From assembly GCF_009914755.1 (NCBI RefSeq), contig NC_060940.1: a stretch of 64,000 nt of DNA. One strand, given 5' to 3'. Source of the stretch: the human T2T-CHM13v2.0 reference genome, Homo sapiens. This document shows, piece by piece, positions 52,401 to 64,000 of this stretch. The position numbers were made by a program, and so were the translations under genes. Every line of letters begins with the position of its first letter. Within the stretch, counting starts at the first letter, position 1. A model generated the notes under the pieces. That model was given only the letters and a program-made list of their open reading frames with translations. It was not told where the DNA came from and made no database searches.

Positions 52401-54769
52401 ATACTACAACTCAAGCAGGCTTCGTGAGACCTGGTGTTCCTGTCTGGAAAACATAGCACGGCCCCCTGCATGCTTGTATCCTTCCAGTTACTTCTGGAAG
52501 GTGACTCATGGGAGGTTCCTTTGGATGACAAAGTCAACATTAGTACATTGCAGCTCTTGAGAAATGCATGGTGGATCTGTATCAAGCTATCCTGGTGTGG
52601 TGAAGGTCAGGGTCCAGTCAGCTCACAGCAGCGGGGGTGAATAATGATGTCAAGAGTAACTATAATAGGTGATGAATTCTACCATGTTTCACCCAAATGG
52701 AAATGTTCTTCACCACATAAACAAATATTTTCAGCTATCTTATAGTTTTCCTTAAAATATTAGAAAAATATCAACATAAAGAATTTCTCTTGGGAAATGA
52801 AAACATGCTCTAAAAGCCACATTTCTATCAAAGAATAAGCAAAAAAACCCATAGATTATAGAAGCTATAATCCGTTTCATTACCCACAACTGCTCGTCTA
52901 GATCCTTCCAGATCAATAAGAGAAATCATGGCTCTCTATAACGTCACCCAGGGCAAACAGCAGTTGTCTCAAAGAGGAACAGAAAAATAGAAGCTAAAAA
53001 ACTGACGCCAAACCATCTTAGTTATCACTGACAGAAAAGTTCAAATTGACACATGACATGCAAAGAGATTTTTCTGCTTCATTATTTTCCTGGGACAAGA
53101 AACTATGAATCAAGTTAAGTTATGATTCTCAAAATAATGACCATAAAAGTTTCTAAGAGAGGGCTCTAAGATTTCACCTTCTGTCAGAGGAAGCTTCACA
53201 AAAGGAGTATTCTATCTTGATCTCACCTCCAACCCAAATACAGTGAAAAGTGCACAGAGGTTCTATAGAGCGGAGGTAGTTGTGTGTGATGTTCATGCCT
53301 TTCTCTGGAGAGAACAGAACTGTGTCTTGTCTAGCAGGGAAGGTTGTTAAGTTATTTAATGAGCCCCGAGGAACCATGCTGTTTCTAAGGCTTCCCCAGG
53401 CCTCCTGCCACCTATACTGGTTCTCCAATACAACAGCGAATGTACCAAACAATTGGAAAAAGTGTCGCTGAGCACAAGGATCCGAAAGGATGATCCTGAT
53501 AAACAAAGGCTGAGGAGTGGGAAAACCACACTGATGGAGAAGCTGTGACTTGTCAAGGCCAGTTTGCTCTCAGCAGATTCCTGTCCTTCTTTCTCCTTTC
53601 TGGCTTCCATTTCCAAAGAGTCAGCTTCCACATGTTTGCAATGTGACTCAAGGCTATAATGGTAGGAGAAGTGGAAGGAGTGTGTAGTGAAAAGCTGGGT
53701 CTTTCTTCTCTGCTAGCCATCTGGACTTCCACCCAACCTGGTTCTGCTGAGCTCACATGCTATGCCCGCTTGGGAAAAATAAAGTAAACTAAATTTGAGC
53801 TGTGCTCTCAAAGTCTGAATTGCTGGAACAGCACGTTTTCTGCAGGCTTAGATGACGACAAAGCATGGTTTACTATTACTTATATGGTAATAAAGAAATT
53901 ATCAGGGTTTCTCTCTCTTTTTAAGGCTTAGTTAAATTAAGCTTAAGCTTCCCTAGGGATACCAAATGAAGTTTTCTTTGATCGAGGAGACACTTGCTAA
54001 TAGAAGCAGAAATGTTCCCCTGCTCGCTGATGTCCGTCAATCAGCTAGGAGCAGTTTAGGTAAATACCTTTAAATTCTCAGACCTTTCTTTTTGGGAAAA
54101 TATCAAGGGTTCAGTATTCAGAAAATTGCTGCATCTTCAAAGCGTGACCTCAGCCAGCAGCATCAGGGTTCAGATACAAGGCCAGCACATTTGTGCTGCC
54201 ATTCCTCAAATGACTCCTCGATGCCCATGGAAAGCAAAAGCTTGATTCTCTCTTTCTGCCCTATGATACTCTCGGCTTTTCAATTCTCAGGACTGTTTTT
54301 TATCTTTGAATCTCTCCCTCTCAGGGTACCCAAGAGACCCAAGCAGAGAAAATAACAGAATGAGACTGTCAACATTCTGTAAAGCCAGAGTCCATCCAAT
54401 ACAAATAGGATATTATATTTCTGAAAGTAGCCAATTACACTTGATTTTCTGGAAGGCACAAAACATGCATAACAGAACTTCAACTTGGCAGTTCTTTTCC
54501 AAAGGGGAAAAAAACCCATATGGAAATAGGTGGCTTGAGAATGATCAGTATTCTACAGAACCCAGTACCTTCCCTAGGTAAGGAACAAATGGAAAAATTT
54601 AGGCTAATGAAAAACTTGACAGAAACAATGATAACACATCCCATGCTTTAATGACTAGAAAAACAATTCTTCGGATGCTTCAACAATATAAATAAACTAT
54701 CAAGTAAAGATTTTTAAAAATTCCTCCCAGCCCTCTGTACTGGACTGTCTTCTGCCTGTGGTCACTCTG

Positions 54770-55129
54770 TGATATGGTTTGGCTGTGTCCCCACCCAAAT
54801 CTCAACTTGAATTGTGCTCCCATAATTACCACATGTTGTGGGAGGGACCTGGTGGGAGATAATTGAATCACAGGGGTGGTTTCCCCCATACTGTTCTCAT
54901 GGTAGTGAATAAGTCTCATGAGATCTGATGGTTTTATAATGGGAAACCCCTTTCACTTGGTTCTCATTCTTTCTTGTCTGCCACCATGTAAGACATGCCT
55001 TTCACCTTCTGCCATGATTATGAGGCCTCCCCAGCCACATGGAACTGTGAGTCCATTAAACCTCTTTCCTTTCTAAATTACCCAGTCTCAGATGTGTCTT
55101 TATCACCAGCGTGAGAACAGATTAATATT
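54770..55129 (+). mobile_element. THE1B/C solo LTR
   Basis: tgatatggtttggctgtgtccccacccaaatctc...; 5-bp TSD ctctg on both sides. Confidence 0.92.
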
Positions 55130-57357
55130 CTCTGGGTCATTACTCCCTTTCTCCACCAATGAACACCTCTGGGGTCTCTCAAAAGACAAACTCCCACCTC
55201 TGAGCCCTGGAGCAGCTACCAGCCTCCGTCTGTTCGATCACAAGGAAGAGAGGGAACCAAGCAGCCCTGGTACTGTGCAGTGACATCAATGCCCAGGATG
55301 CCCAAGACTAACTCCTCAAGGCTTGAGCAATGGACCCTACAGCCTTGTTAAATGATGAGCATGATGAGAAGGTGACGGAAGGGACACAACCTGCGGCCAC
55401 ATGGTTGGCAGGTGGTAAGACAGAGGAAGGACTTGCAGTTCTAGAGTTTTGAGTCTGTCATTCTTATAGTATTGAGTCAAACTGCTTTTCACATGATACT
55501 GTTCACAAGATTTTATTTAAATTCAAACCAATCATCGCCTCTTGGCAACTTAGGGACAGGGTCTAATCTCTTGATCTTGAATCTCCTTGCTTTAAATTGA
55601 AAGAGCCTCTGAAACAGGAACAATGCTTCCATAAAATACTTGATATGCAGGGAACACAACCAGGACTAAACTAACCTTTTGTTTTCTCTGATGCATTTGA
55701 AGATGTGAGATAGATAGATATAGGTCTGAGAAAATAAGCCTGTTTCTTATTTCTTTCCAGACCTTGAGGTAATAGTTTTAGTTTTTCTTTTTAAGTTTAA
55801 CTCATTTGAACACAATGTCTTTCCTCAGTAGTCAGGAGCTGAAGAGTCCATCAGAAAGCAAGGTGGTCTCTAAGCCTCTTCATCACCCTTTTCTTTTCTT
55901 TTTACTTTTTGAGCAGAGTATCAATTAGAGATTGATTATTAGATTAGCAGGAAACACTGCTTGGTTCCAATCTCCTCTGCTTCTACTGTGAACTCAACTC
56001 ATATCAACAAGCTAATTAAAATGAATCACACCCTAAGAAATAACCAATCACCGATGCATAGGTCCACTCTCAGAAATTAAGTAGTAGCCACTTGGCACAA
56101 CTGACCTGAGAGTGAGCAAGATTCAGAAGAGACCTTCAGAAGCAAATGGTGCTGAATGATGCATGGTAGGTGTAGACAAATGTGTAAGCCATGACAGGCT
56201 GTCAGCTGGCCAGCGCGCCTCCTGATGCCTTCTCTGTGAAGTCACAGCCTCTCCTCTCTCTGCAGAGCCTTTAAATGTGAGGGCCTGGAGGCCCTCTTCA
56301 GCCCTCTGCAATTTCCTTTTCGCTCTGCTCTTAAGAGTTTTCACCTGCTTTTCATGGCTTCAGTGAAGATCTCCACAGCACACTCACAAATCTTGCTTCC
56401 AGTCCTGAATCCCCTCCCACAAATTTTAGTCCTGCATTTGCCAAATTTTTTGGATATCTATAGTCATCTCAAATTCAACATGTTCAGAGCCAAACTCGTC
56501 ATCATTTATTGATTTAAATTTGTTCATTCATTCATTCGTTTATTAGCACTGGCCACAAATGAGGATAAGGACCTCCCTGACCTCAAGAAGCTCAGAGTCT
56601 GATCCTAAATTGGAGAGTCAGCATTTGTAGATCAAAAAGGATCAATGTGACTTAACTGCAATACCCTGTTTGTGTACAAGGCAACTGAAGCCAAGGAAGA
56701 TCAAATGGCTTGTTTAAGCTTATATTGCTATTGGCAAAGCTAGCAGTTAAACTGAGGACTCCTGACTTGCTCCTTTCTATCAAAGACATCATAATTCTCC
56801 CAATATCTTCAGCACAGCTTTGGAGAAACACAAATGAAATTCCTCACAATGTCTCACCTCACCATCAACAGCCAGTTGATCAAAAAGCACTTTAGTGTCT
56901 TTCTTTTGAACATCTCAGATTTCTGCCATTTCCTTCCTTTCTGACCACCCCTGGGCTGTTCCAGGTCAGCAGCAGCCTCATGCATCACCCAACCTTGCCT
57001 ACAGAGATGGTCAGTCTCTCTGACCCTTCCTGCACTGGGCATTTCCACTATCTGACCTGCACCACCCATCTCACCCTCTGTCTGTGTCCACGTTCCACAG
57101 AACATGGACCCCAGTGGATGCTCTGTGGAGGGGGAGTCTGTGGTCACAGGGAAATGCTGCTTGCACTCCATTGCTTGGAGAGTCACCTTCTCTTGAACCA
57201 GTATTTCTTAAGCTTATTTGACCACAGAACTCCCTCTTTGCAAGGAACGCACATGACCACCCCCTAGATCCAGTGTTTCTGCAAAAGCATGGTGGGAGAT
57301 GGCAGCCTGCAGTCTAAAGCACAGTAGGTTGGTCAGGTAGCTCCTTCCCTAATGGTC

Positions 57358-57896
57358 TGTTTTTGTAATTTTCCCAATTGGAAACATTCTCCAACATTGC
57401 TTGAAGTCAAGTGTTCATGTAGGGAAAGAAGGTTGGAGATGCGTGTCGAGGCTGAAACTTCTGTCATGTCAGAGGACTATCCAGGGCTCAAGTGAGCAAA
57501 GGGATCTCCACATACAATGGGTTAGATCAAGATGAGGACCAAAAATGTAAATAGGTCAAGACCAGAGACATGGAAAGGTCAGGAAGGAATCATTGGTGCA
57601 CGCAGCCAGGTGGCTGAGCTGGGCTGAGGCAGGGAAGAGCTGTCAGTCGTGGTAATCTTAGATGTACTGGTAAGGTCCACGTGGTCCAAGTCTCTTCCCA
57701 GCTGCAGTGGAGATCGAGGCTGATGACTGCTCCTCCTGAGGATGGGTGGCCCTGGGACCACAACATGGCAGTCAGGAGGGGGCTGGGGGTAGGCCACTAG
57801 TGAGTCCTGCCCATTTCTATTTCAGAAGCAGGAAGAACGGAATTGCCTCGGATATGTTTCTTTGTTTTTGTAATTTTCCCAATTGGAAACATTCTC
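57358..57896 (+). repeat. Perfect 34-bp direct repeat (57358-57391 and 57863-57896) bracketing the left arm
   Basis: tgtttttgtaattttcccaattggaaacattctc occurs twice, identical. Confidence 0.95.
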
Positions 57897-59147
57897 TGTC
57901 TCCTTTTCCACTTAATTAAATCTTACCCTTCCTCCAATCTTCAGTTCAGATCGCATTTCTTCTAAAAATCCTTTCCCAACTCACTCATCTGAGACTACTG
58001 TAGCATTTATTTACCTGAATCGGAAAACCAAAATTTCAACAGTAAAAAGCACCCTTGGCTTGCATTTGTGCCAAGAAGTCTGTGAAATAGTAGAATTTTC
58101 CCATTAAATACCTTTAAAAGTAATGTATAAGGTAAGATTATAGTACTTTCACAAACGAGAACTGTATTTATATAAAACTTTCAGGAACTATAGTTTTTAA
58201 GTAAGGAGATTTAACATAAATAAAGAATTCATTATAACTGATATTGAGTTCTGCTGTTTTGACCAGAATAACTTTGGGAAAACTAGGAAAGTTTCATGCC
58301 TTCATTTTCACTTTGCAAAAATTGTCAACCAGCTAATGAATACTATTATGAAAAGAAAGACTAAATAGCACAGGAGGAAAACAAAATCATGATAGATTCC
58401 ATAAAGACCATTTATATTGGAAGTGAATATTTCTGCCTATTTCTGGCATCACCTCCCCCCCGACAATACAAATAAAATTAGTCTCATTTGCTTAAAAATT
58501 ATCATTTTGGTACCATTTCTGTGTATTACTAAAACGTTTTTCTTCCTAAGGATAAAAAAAGGCTTCGTGACAAGAATGCTTAATTCAGTTCCCACTTGGA
58601 ATTCAAAAACTATCATATTAGATGCCATATTTTAACATACATACATCTCCTTCATTGAACTGTGGGTTATGGAAGGAAACATAAGGAGAAGCTCATTGGA
58701 GGTAATTCCAGTGTTCCTACTTCTGAAATAGAAATGGGCAGGACTTACCTATGGATTATCCCTGGCCTCCTCCTGACCACCATGTTGTGGTCCCAGGGCT
58801 GCCCAGGGGTAGCAGTCATCAGCCTGGATGTCCAGTGCAGCTGGGAACAGTCTTGGACCGCATGAACCTTACCAGTATGTTTAAGATTAGCACAACTGAT
58901 GGCTCTTCCCTGCCTCAGCCCAGCTCAGCCACCTGCTTGCACGCACCAATCAATAATCCCTTCTTGACCTTTTCCATATCTCTGGGCTTGACCTATTTTC
59001 ACTTTTGGTCCTCATCTTGATCTAACCCATTATATTTGGAGATCCCTTTGCTCACTTGAGCCCTAGATAGTCCTCTGACATAACAGAAGTCTCAGCCTTG
59101 GCACACATCTCCAACCTTCTTTCCCTACATGAACCCTTGACTTCAAG
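57400..59147. repeat. Long inverted duplication: arms ~57400-57849 and ~58699-59147, ~850-bp spacer
   Basis: Hand alignment ~87% over ~445 bp; also visible as homologous ORFs 57579..57797(-) and 58751..59020(+). Confidence 0.95.
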
Positions 59148-59713
59148 AAACTAGTCTACTCATAGAGCCTTGGGTGAACCATGCCATGCACATCGACAAT
59201 TTCATTCTCCAAAAGGCCTGTCCTGTGAGACTCAGGCCCAGGTTCTTCTCTCAAGAAGCCTTCTCCAACTTCTTTGACTATGAAAATCACCTCAGCCTCT
59301 GAACTAGAATACCTTACTGTCTTCTCCAGTGACTCACATAGCCGGCCCCAGAAAACTGTGTCCCAGAGGATGTCTCCAAGGGAAAAGCTCCCTCTTGGAG
59401 ATTAACAACACACATTAGCATATTAAAGACTTTCCAAAGTCTTATAACCAAGAAACCTTTCAAACAATATTGACTCTCACGTTTCTCAAACGTACTTAGC
59501 CATGGAGCTCCTTTTCCGTGTTATATCCTTTAACAACAATTTAGAAGTGCAGATGGAAGGAAAATGAGCCTGCATAAGTCAATGGCATTTCTCACAAGTG
59601 ACCTTGTATTCTAAAGTGTCCTCGTGTCCATGTCTCTTCTGTATCTGATTTAAATGGCAACAATTCGGCAGCGCTAACAAGCTGCGGGCTTCCTCACCTC
59701 CTATTGCTGTTTT

Positions 59714-59846
59714 TTTTGTTTGTTTTTTGTTTTTTGTTTTTTGAGATAGAGTCTCCTTTGTCGCCCAGGCTGGAGTACAATGGTGCAATCTCGGCTCACT
59801 GCAAGCTCCGTCTCCTGGGTTCACGCCATTCTCCTGCCTCAGCCTT
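59714..59846 (-). mobile_element. 5'-truncated AluY (part of the right monomer only)
   Basis: AluY-type gcaagctccg...gttcacgccattctcc; 14-bp TSD cctat[t/c]gctgtttt at 59700-59713 and 59847-59860. Confidence 0.9.
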
Positions 59847-60165
59847 CCTATCGCTGTTTTGATCCTCATATCACTCTCTGCCTGGTGGGAGTGAGCTAAT
59901 ACACAGGAAGCCTGTAGCACAGCACCTAGCATACAGTAAATAACAAAGCTGCTATTTCTTTGATTTGGGGGCAGTAGGGAGAAAGAGTGCTTAAGAGTTT
60001 AGTCTATGGAATCAGACAGACCCCATTCTAATTCTGGCACAGCTCTCACTAGAAAGACTACGAGGTCAAGGATCATGTCTGTTTTGTCCATCAATGTCTG
60101 GTACACGCACAGTGCCTGATACAGGCCATGCAGTCAATGAGTATTCAATGAATGAATGAAAGACA

Positions 60166-60353
60166 AAGCAGGTCTCAACCCAGGTGATTTTGCCCAACAG
60201 AGCATATTTGGCGGTGTACAGAGATAGTTTTGGCTGTCCCACTAGCATCTAGTGGGTAAAAGTAAGGATGTTTTGCATGAAACATCCTACAATGTATAGG
60301 ACAAAGAATGACCCAGCCCCAAATGTCAACAGTGCCAGGGTTGAGAAGTCCTG
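60166..60353. mobile_element. MER20 (hAT-Charlie)
   Basis: ggtgattttgccc...gcatctagtgggta...aaacatcctacaatg...cagccccaaatgtcaacagtgccagggttgagaa. Confidence 0.8.
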
Positions 60354-60768
60354 CTGTACAGTCAGGCCAAACAGGGATGGATTTCTAAACACTGACCCCA
60401 GCTGTTAGGCCTTGAGCAAATCACAAAATTTCTGTCTTAATATCCTCATCTGTTGAATGGGATTCTAATGGGATCTTGTATTGTACACTTGTAAGCTAAT
60501 ACATATTCAAATGAGAAGAACTGCATAATCCCTAGGAAGTGGTTAACACAGTGACTGATGCATGGAAATTGTGACCTATATATGTGTCCCATGACATTCT
60601 TACCATTACCTTCTATATAATGTCTCACAGTGATGGTGAGTTTCTTCAGGTGGACTCTTCACTCTCTTGCAACTCACCGTCTCAATCCCCAAGTGAGCGC
60701 TCTTATCAAAGCAAGCCTGTGCTCCCACTTACATTTCCTGTATGGTCAGCTTTTATTTATATGCTCAC

Positions 60769-60952
60769 CAGGGGCTCCACAGTGAAAACGTTATTGAAGA
60801 ACAGCTTGCTGTCTCCCTGCACCAGCCTCCTCTGATTCGCAAAGGTTCGGGACAGAACAGAAAGATGTTCTCGGAGTAAAGGATCAGTAATGCACTCTTC
60901 AAAAAACTCATCAGTCTCATCCTTCTCCTCTTTGATCAGATCATCACAGGCC
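60769..60952 (-). CDS. HYDIN: HYDIN (or HYDIN2) coding exon, probably exon 9, 184 bp: (R)ACDDLIKEEKDETDEFFEEC...NNVFTVEPL
   Basis: Translation recognised as human HYDIN. Acceptor ttctttag|G and donor CTG|gtgagc on the minus strand; phase 2 in, phase 0 out. Exon number is from memory. Confidence 0.95.
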
Positions 60953-61597
60953 CTAAAGAAAACAGGCAATGTGAGATTCATGTGGGTACTCCCATGAAGA
61001 ACTTTGTAAAGGGCTTCCCTCTAGTACCTCCTCCTGGAAATGTCCTCAGCCACCACCCTGGGGTGGTCCCTCCTTGCCCTGAGTCTGTAACCTGCTGCCC
61101 TTGCACTCAGTCCTCAAACCTCTCAGAGCCTCTGTTTGCTCATCTTCAACCACCTTCTTTAAGAGATCCTCCCTGGATTCCTTTCCTATTCAATACTCAT
61201 TGCTTTACTCCTGAGCCCTTATGTATATCTGGACAAATATTTTCTTTCAGGTAATCCTGTTTTCCAGGCTGCTTTTTAAATATTTAACATCTATTCTGCC
61301 CCTCACATGGCAAGGACAATTTTGTTCCTTTTAAATTTGCTTAGCTTTAATTCTTTCTTAGCTGTTAGTTACCTGGAGCATAGAACCTGGGGCCGGCAGG
61401 GACTAGGTTTGCATACTAATTCTGTGATCTGTTTACTAGCTCTGTGACTTTGGCAGTTCCCTGATTCCTCTAAGCCTCAGTGCCTTCTCCTTCTAGAGAC
61501 CACAGGAGCTGCTCCATCAGAAAGATGTGTTGAGGGTTAAATGTAATCAAGGCTCTAGTGCAGTTCCTGGGACAAAGCTGGCAACTCCATATATACC

Positions 61598-61917
<320 letters not shown>

Positions 61918-64000
61918 TATATACCGGTTTTCTCCCCCTGTCAACCATAGGCAATCGCCAAGCTGTCAGCTTACAAAATGCTCAAGCTATGCCTTAAGGC
62001 ACCTCCTTTTCTCTCTTTTTCTAGCTTTTAATATCCATCGTGATAAGAGAGAACAGCAGCTTTCCCCAATCCACTCATTGCCCCCACCAGAGCTATGTTC
62101 ACATTTCTCCTGAACTTTGCAGACTGAATTTTATCTCCTCCCAGGACATACGACCATATTCCCATCATTGTACTGGTATTACCAGGGGTGAGAGACAAAT
62201 TATTTAGCAACATAAGTGCTGAGTGGGAGCCTAGGATCACTGAATTCCTGTCCCAGTTCCAACTCCTGTCAGTATTGTCAAATAACTCTTTTTAAATAAC
62301 ATATGTGTTCAGGGTGCTTTGATCACACACTGCAAAAAGAAGTCAAAGAAATGGGCTCGGTGTGTTCTGGTTCCAAGGAAGAAAGCATCTTGTGCTTGAT
62401 TTTTATTGCCAGGTAGGAGGCAGTGTCCAAGGTGACTGGCAGCATTCCTTCCACACTGCTGGGCACGGCAGGGCAAATTAAAGACAGCTCAGTTTGCAGA
62501 AAGAAAGGAATCCATTTCTTTTTTATTTGATATTTTTGTTATCTGATACTGATCTGGAAAACTTACAGATTATATACCCTTAGAAACCAAAAAATTCCAC
62601 TTGCAGGAATAAATCCTTAAAAACAATCATGGATATAAACAAAGACACAGCTACAAAGATGTCCATTAAAGTGCTGGAATGATACCAGATCAAGTGGGTA
62701 AATTTGATGTAAGATAATGAAGCACTGGTTGAACAGAAATGGGAATCATGAACATTACATTTATTGGGTACCTGTCAAACTTTGCATATGCATCATATAA
62801 TTTAACACTCATAACTACCAGAAGGGTCATTAGCATTATAAGCATCATTCCCACTATATAGATGATGAAACTGAGGCTTAGAAAGGTTAAGTAACTCGCC
62901 CCAGATCACATAGCTGAAAGATAGCCTGGACTTCAGGGTCTTTGGAGGTTTGAATCCCCTGGTGCTAACCAATATGCACACTGCCTCCCAGGAATCCAGG
63001 GAATATTAGGGAATAATAAGCAGCCAGTAAAGTGGTATTAAATGGAATACTTAACATCATTTTCAAATGTCTGAAATGTTTTAAGGTGAAAAACAAAGTG
63101 GTAAAATGTAACATATACAATAATCCCACTTTTGTAATAAAAAAGCAAAAGAAAAATACATACTTATTAGGGAAAAAATACAGACTTAGACATACCAAAA
63201 TATTGACTGTGGTTTCCCTGGTTGGAAGGATTAGAATGGATTTTTGCCCTCATCTTTGTGCTTAATATTTTCTAAATTTTATTAGTGCACAATGTATTTC
63301 TTTTTAAACCAGAAAACAAGTCATTTAAGAAATTAAATGTTAATTAATTCTCAGGCTGAGGCACTAAGATTTTGACCTGGTTGCCTTTGCCTAACATGCC
63401 TGCATTGGCATGAGCCTGTGGATGCCACCCCTGGAAGAGTGCACAGGTGGAATGTGGGGTGACACAATGTGGTCTGGTCTGCAGAAGGTGGAGGCAATGG
63501 ATTAGATATACACATAGCAACATGAATGGATCTTAAGCACACAACCTCGTGAGAAAAAGGAGAAAATGGAATACAAAATATGACTTCTCTCTGTCTCTCC
63601 CCCAAGACAATATACATTTTGAAAGAACAGATTCATGTAAAAAGATAGACACAGTAACATATTAGAATGGTATCTTTGGGGGAATTAACAGGAGTGGGGT
63701 GTGGGGATGTAAGAGAATAAATAAAATGCTTTGTGTGGACTGAGGATGAAGATGATAGTGCTCCATGGACTGAGGAGTATGAGAAATGCAATCCCTGTAC
63801 CAGAAAACAAAGAGAACAAAACAAATTCGAAAACGCTGGTCTTCTCCCATGCTGTTGAAACTCCAAAACAGCCAGTAGAAGGCAAAGGGAGGAGAGAGGG
63901 TACTGGATTCTTCCTCTGATGGAGAATTGGAGCCAGGACTGAGAGTCTAAGGAGGAGGTGTATAGCCACAACTTCATGTGGCCTGGCTCCAACAAGGACT

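Noticed and set aside
48097-59020. Pairs of homologous ORFs on opposite strands (48097/49104 and 57579/58751) resembling a small gene family
   Set aside because: By-products of the inverted duplications; the frames are not conserved through indels.

Overview
Human (primate) genomic DNA, AT-rich and dense in repeats. It is an internal stretch of the motile-cilia central-pair gene HYDIN on the minus strand, or of its near-identical human-specific duplicate HYDIN2; the sequence alone cannot tell them apart. Six coding exons (60769-60952, 46824-46923, 24951-25069, 19435-19658, 11019-11086, 400-635; probably exons 9-14) have canonical AG/GT ends and splice into one open frame. The introns hold 11 Alus (one a human-specific AluYb8 with perfect TSDs), L1/L2/MIR relics, MaLR LTRs, a decayed ERV in pro-pol-env order, and MER44, MER20 and Ricksha DNA transposons. 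I see no bacterial-type system, CRISPR array or RNA gene, and I cannot claim a new biological system. The most notable unexplained structure is a set of local duplications and fold-backs at several scales. Two long inverted duplications lie in one intron (47956-49417 and 57400-59147), and one arm of the second is bracketed by a perfect 34-bp direct repeat. There is also a duplicated L1/LTR junction and several micro fold-back scars. Other leads are a tandemly duplicated RFX X-box-like motif, an orphan insert that replaced part of an old L1, and a stop-free, frame-symmetric exon 11-13 circle flanked by inverted Alus. Repeat family names and percent identities are by eye and approximate.
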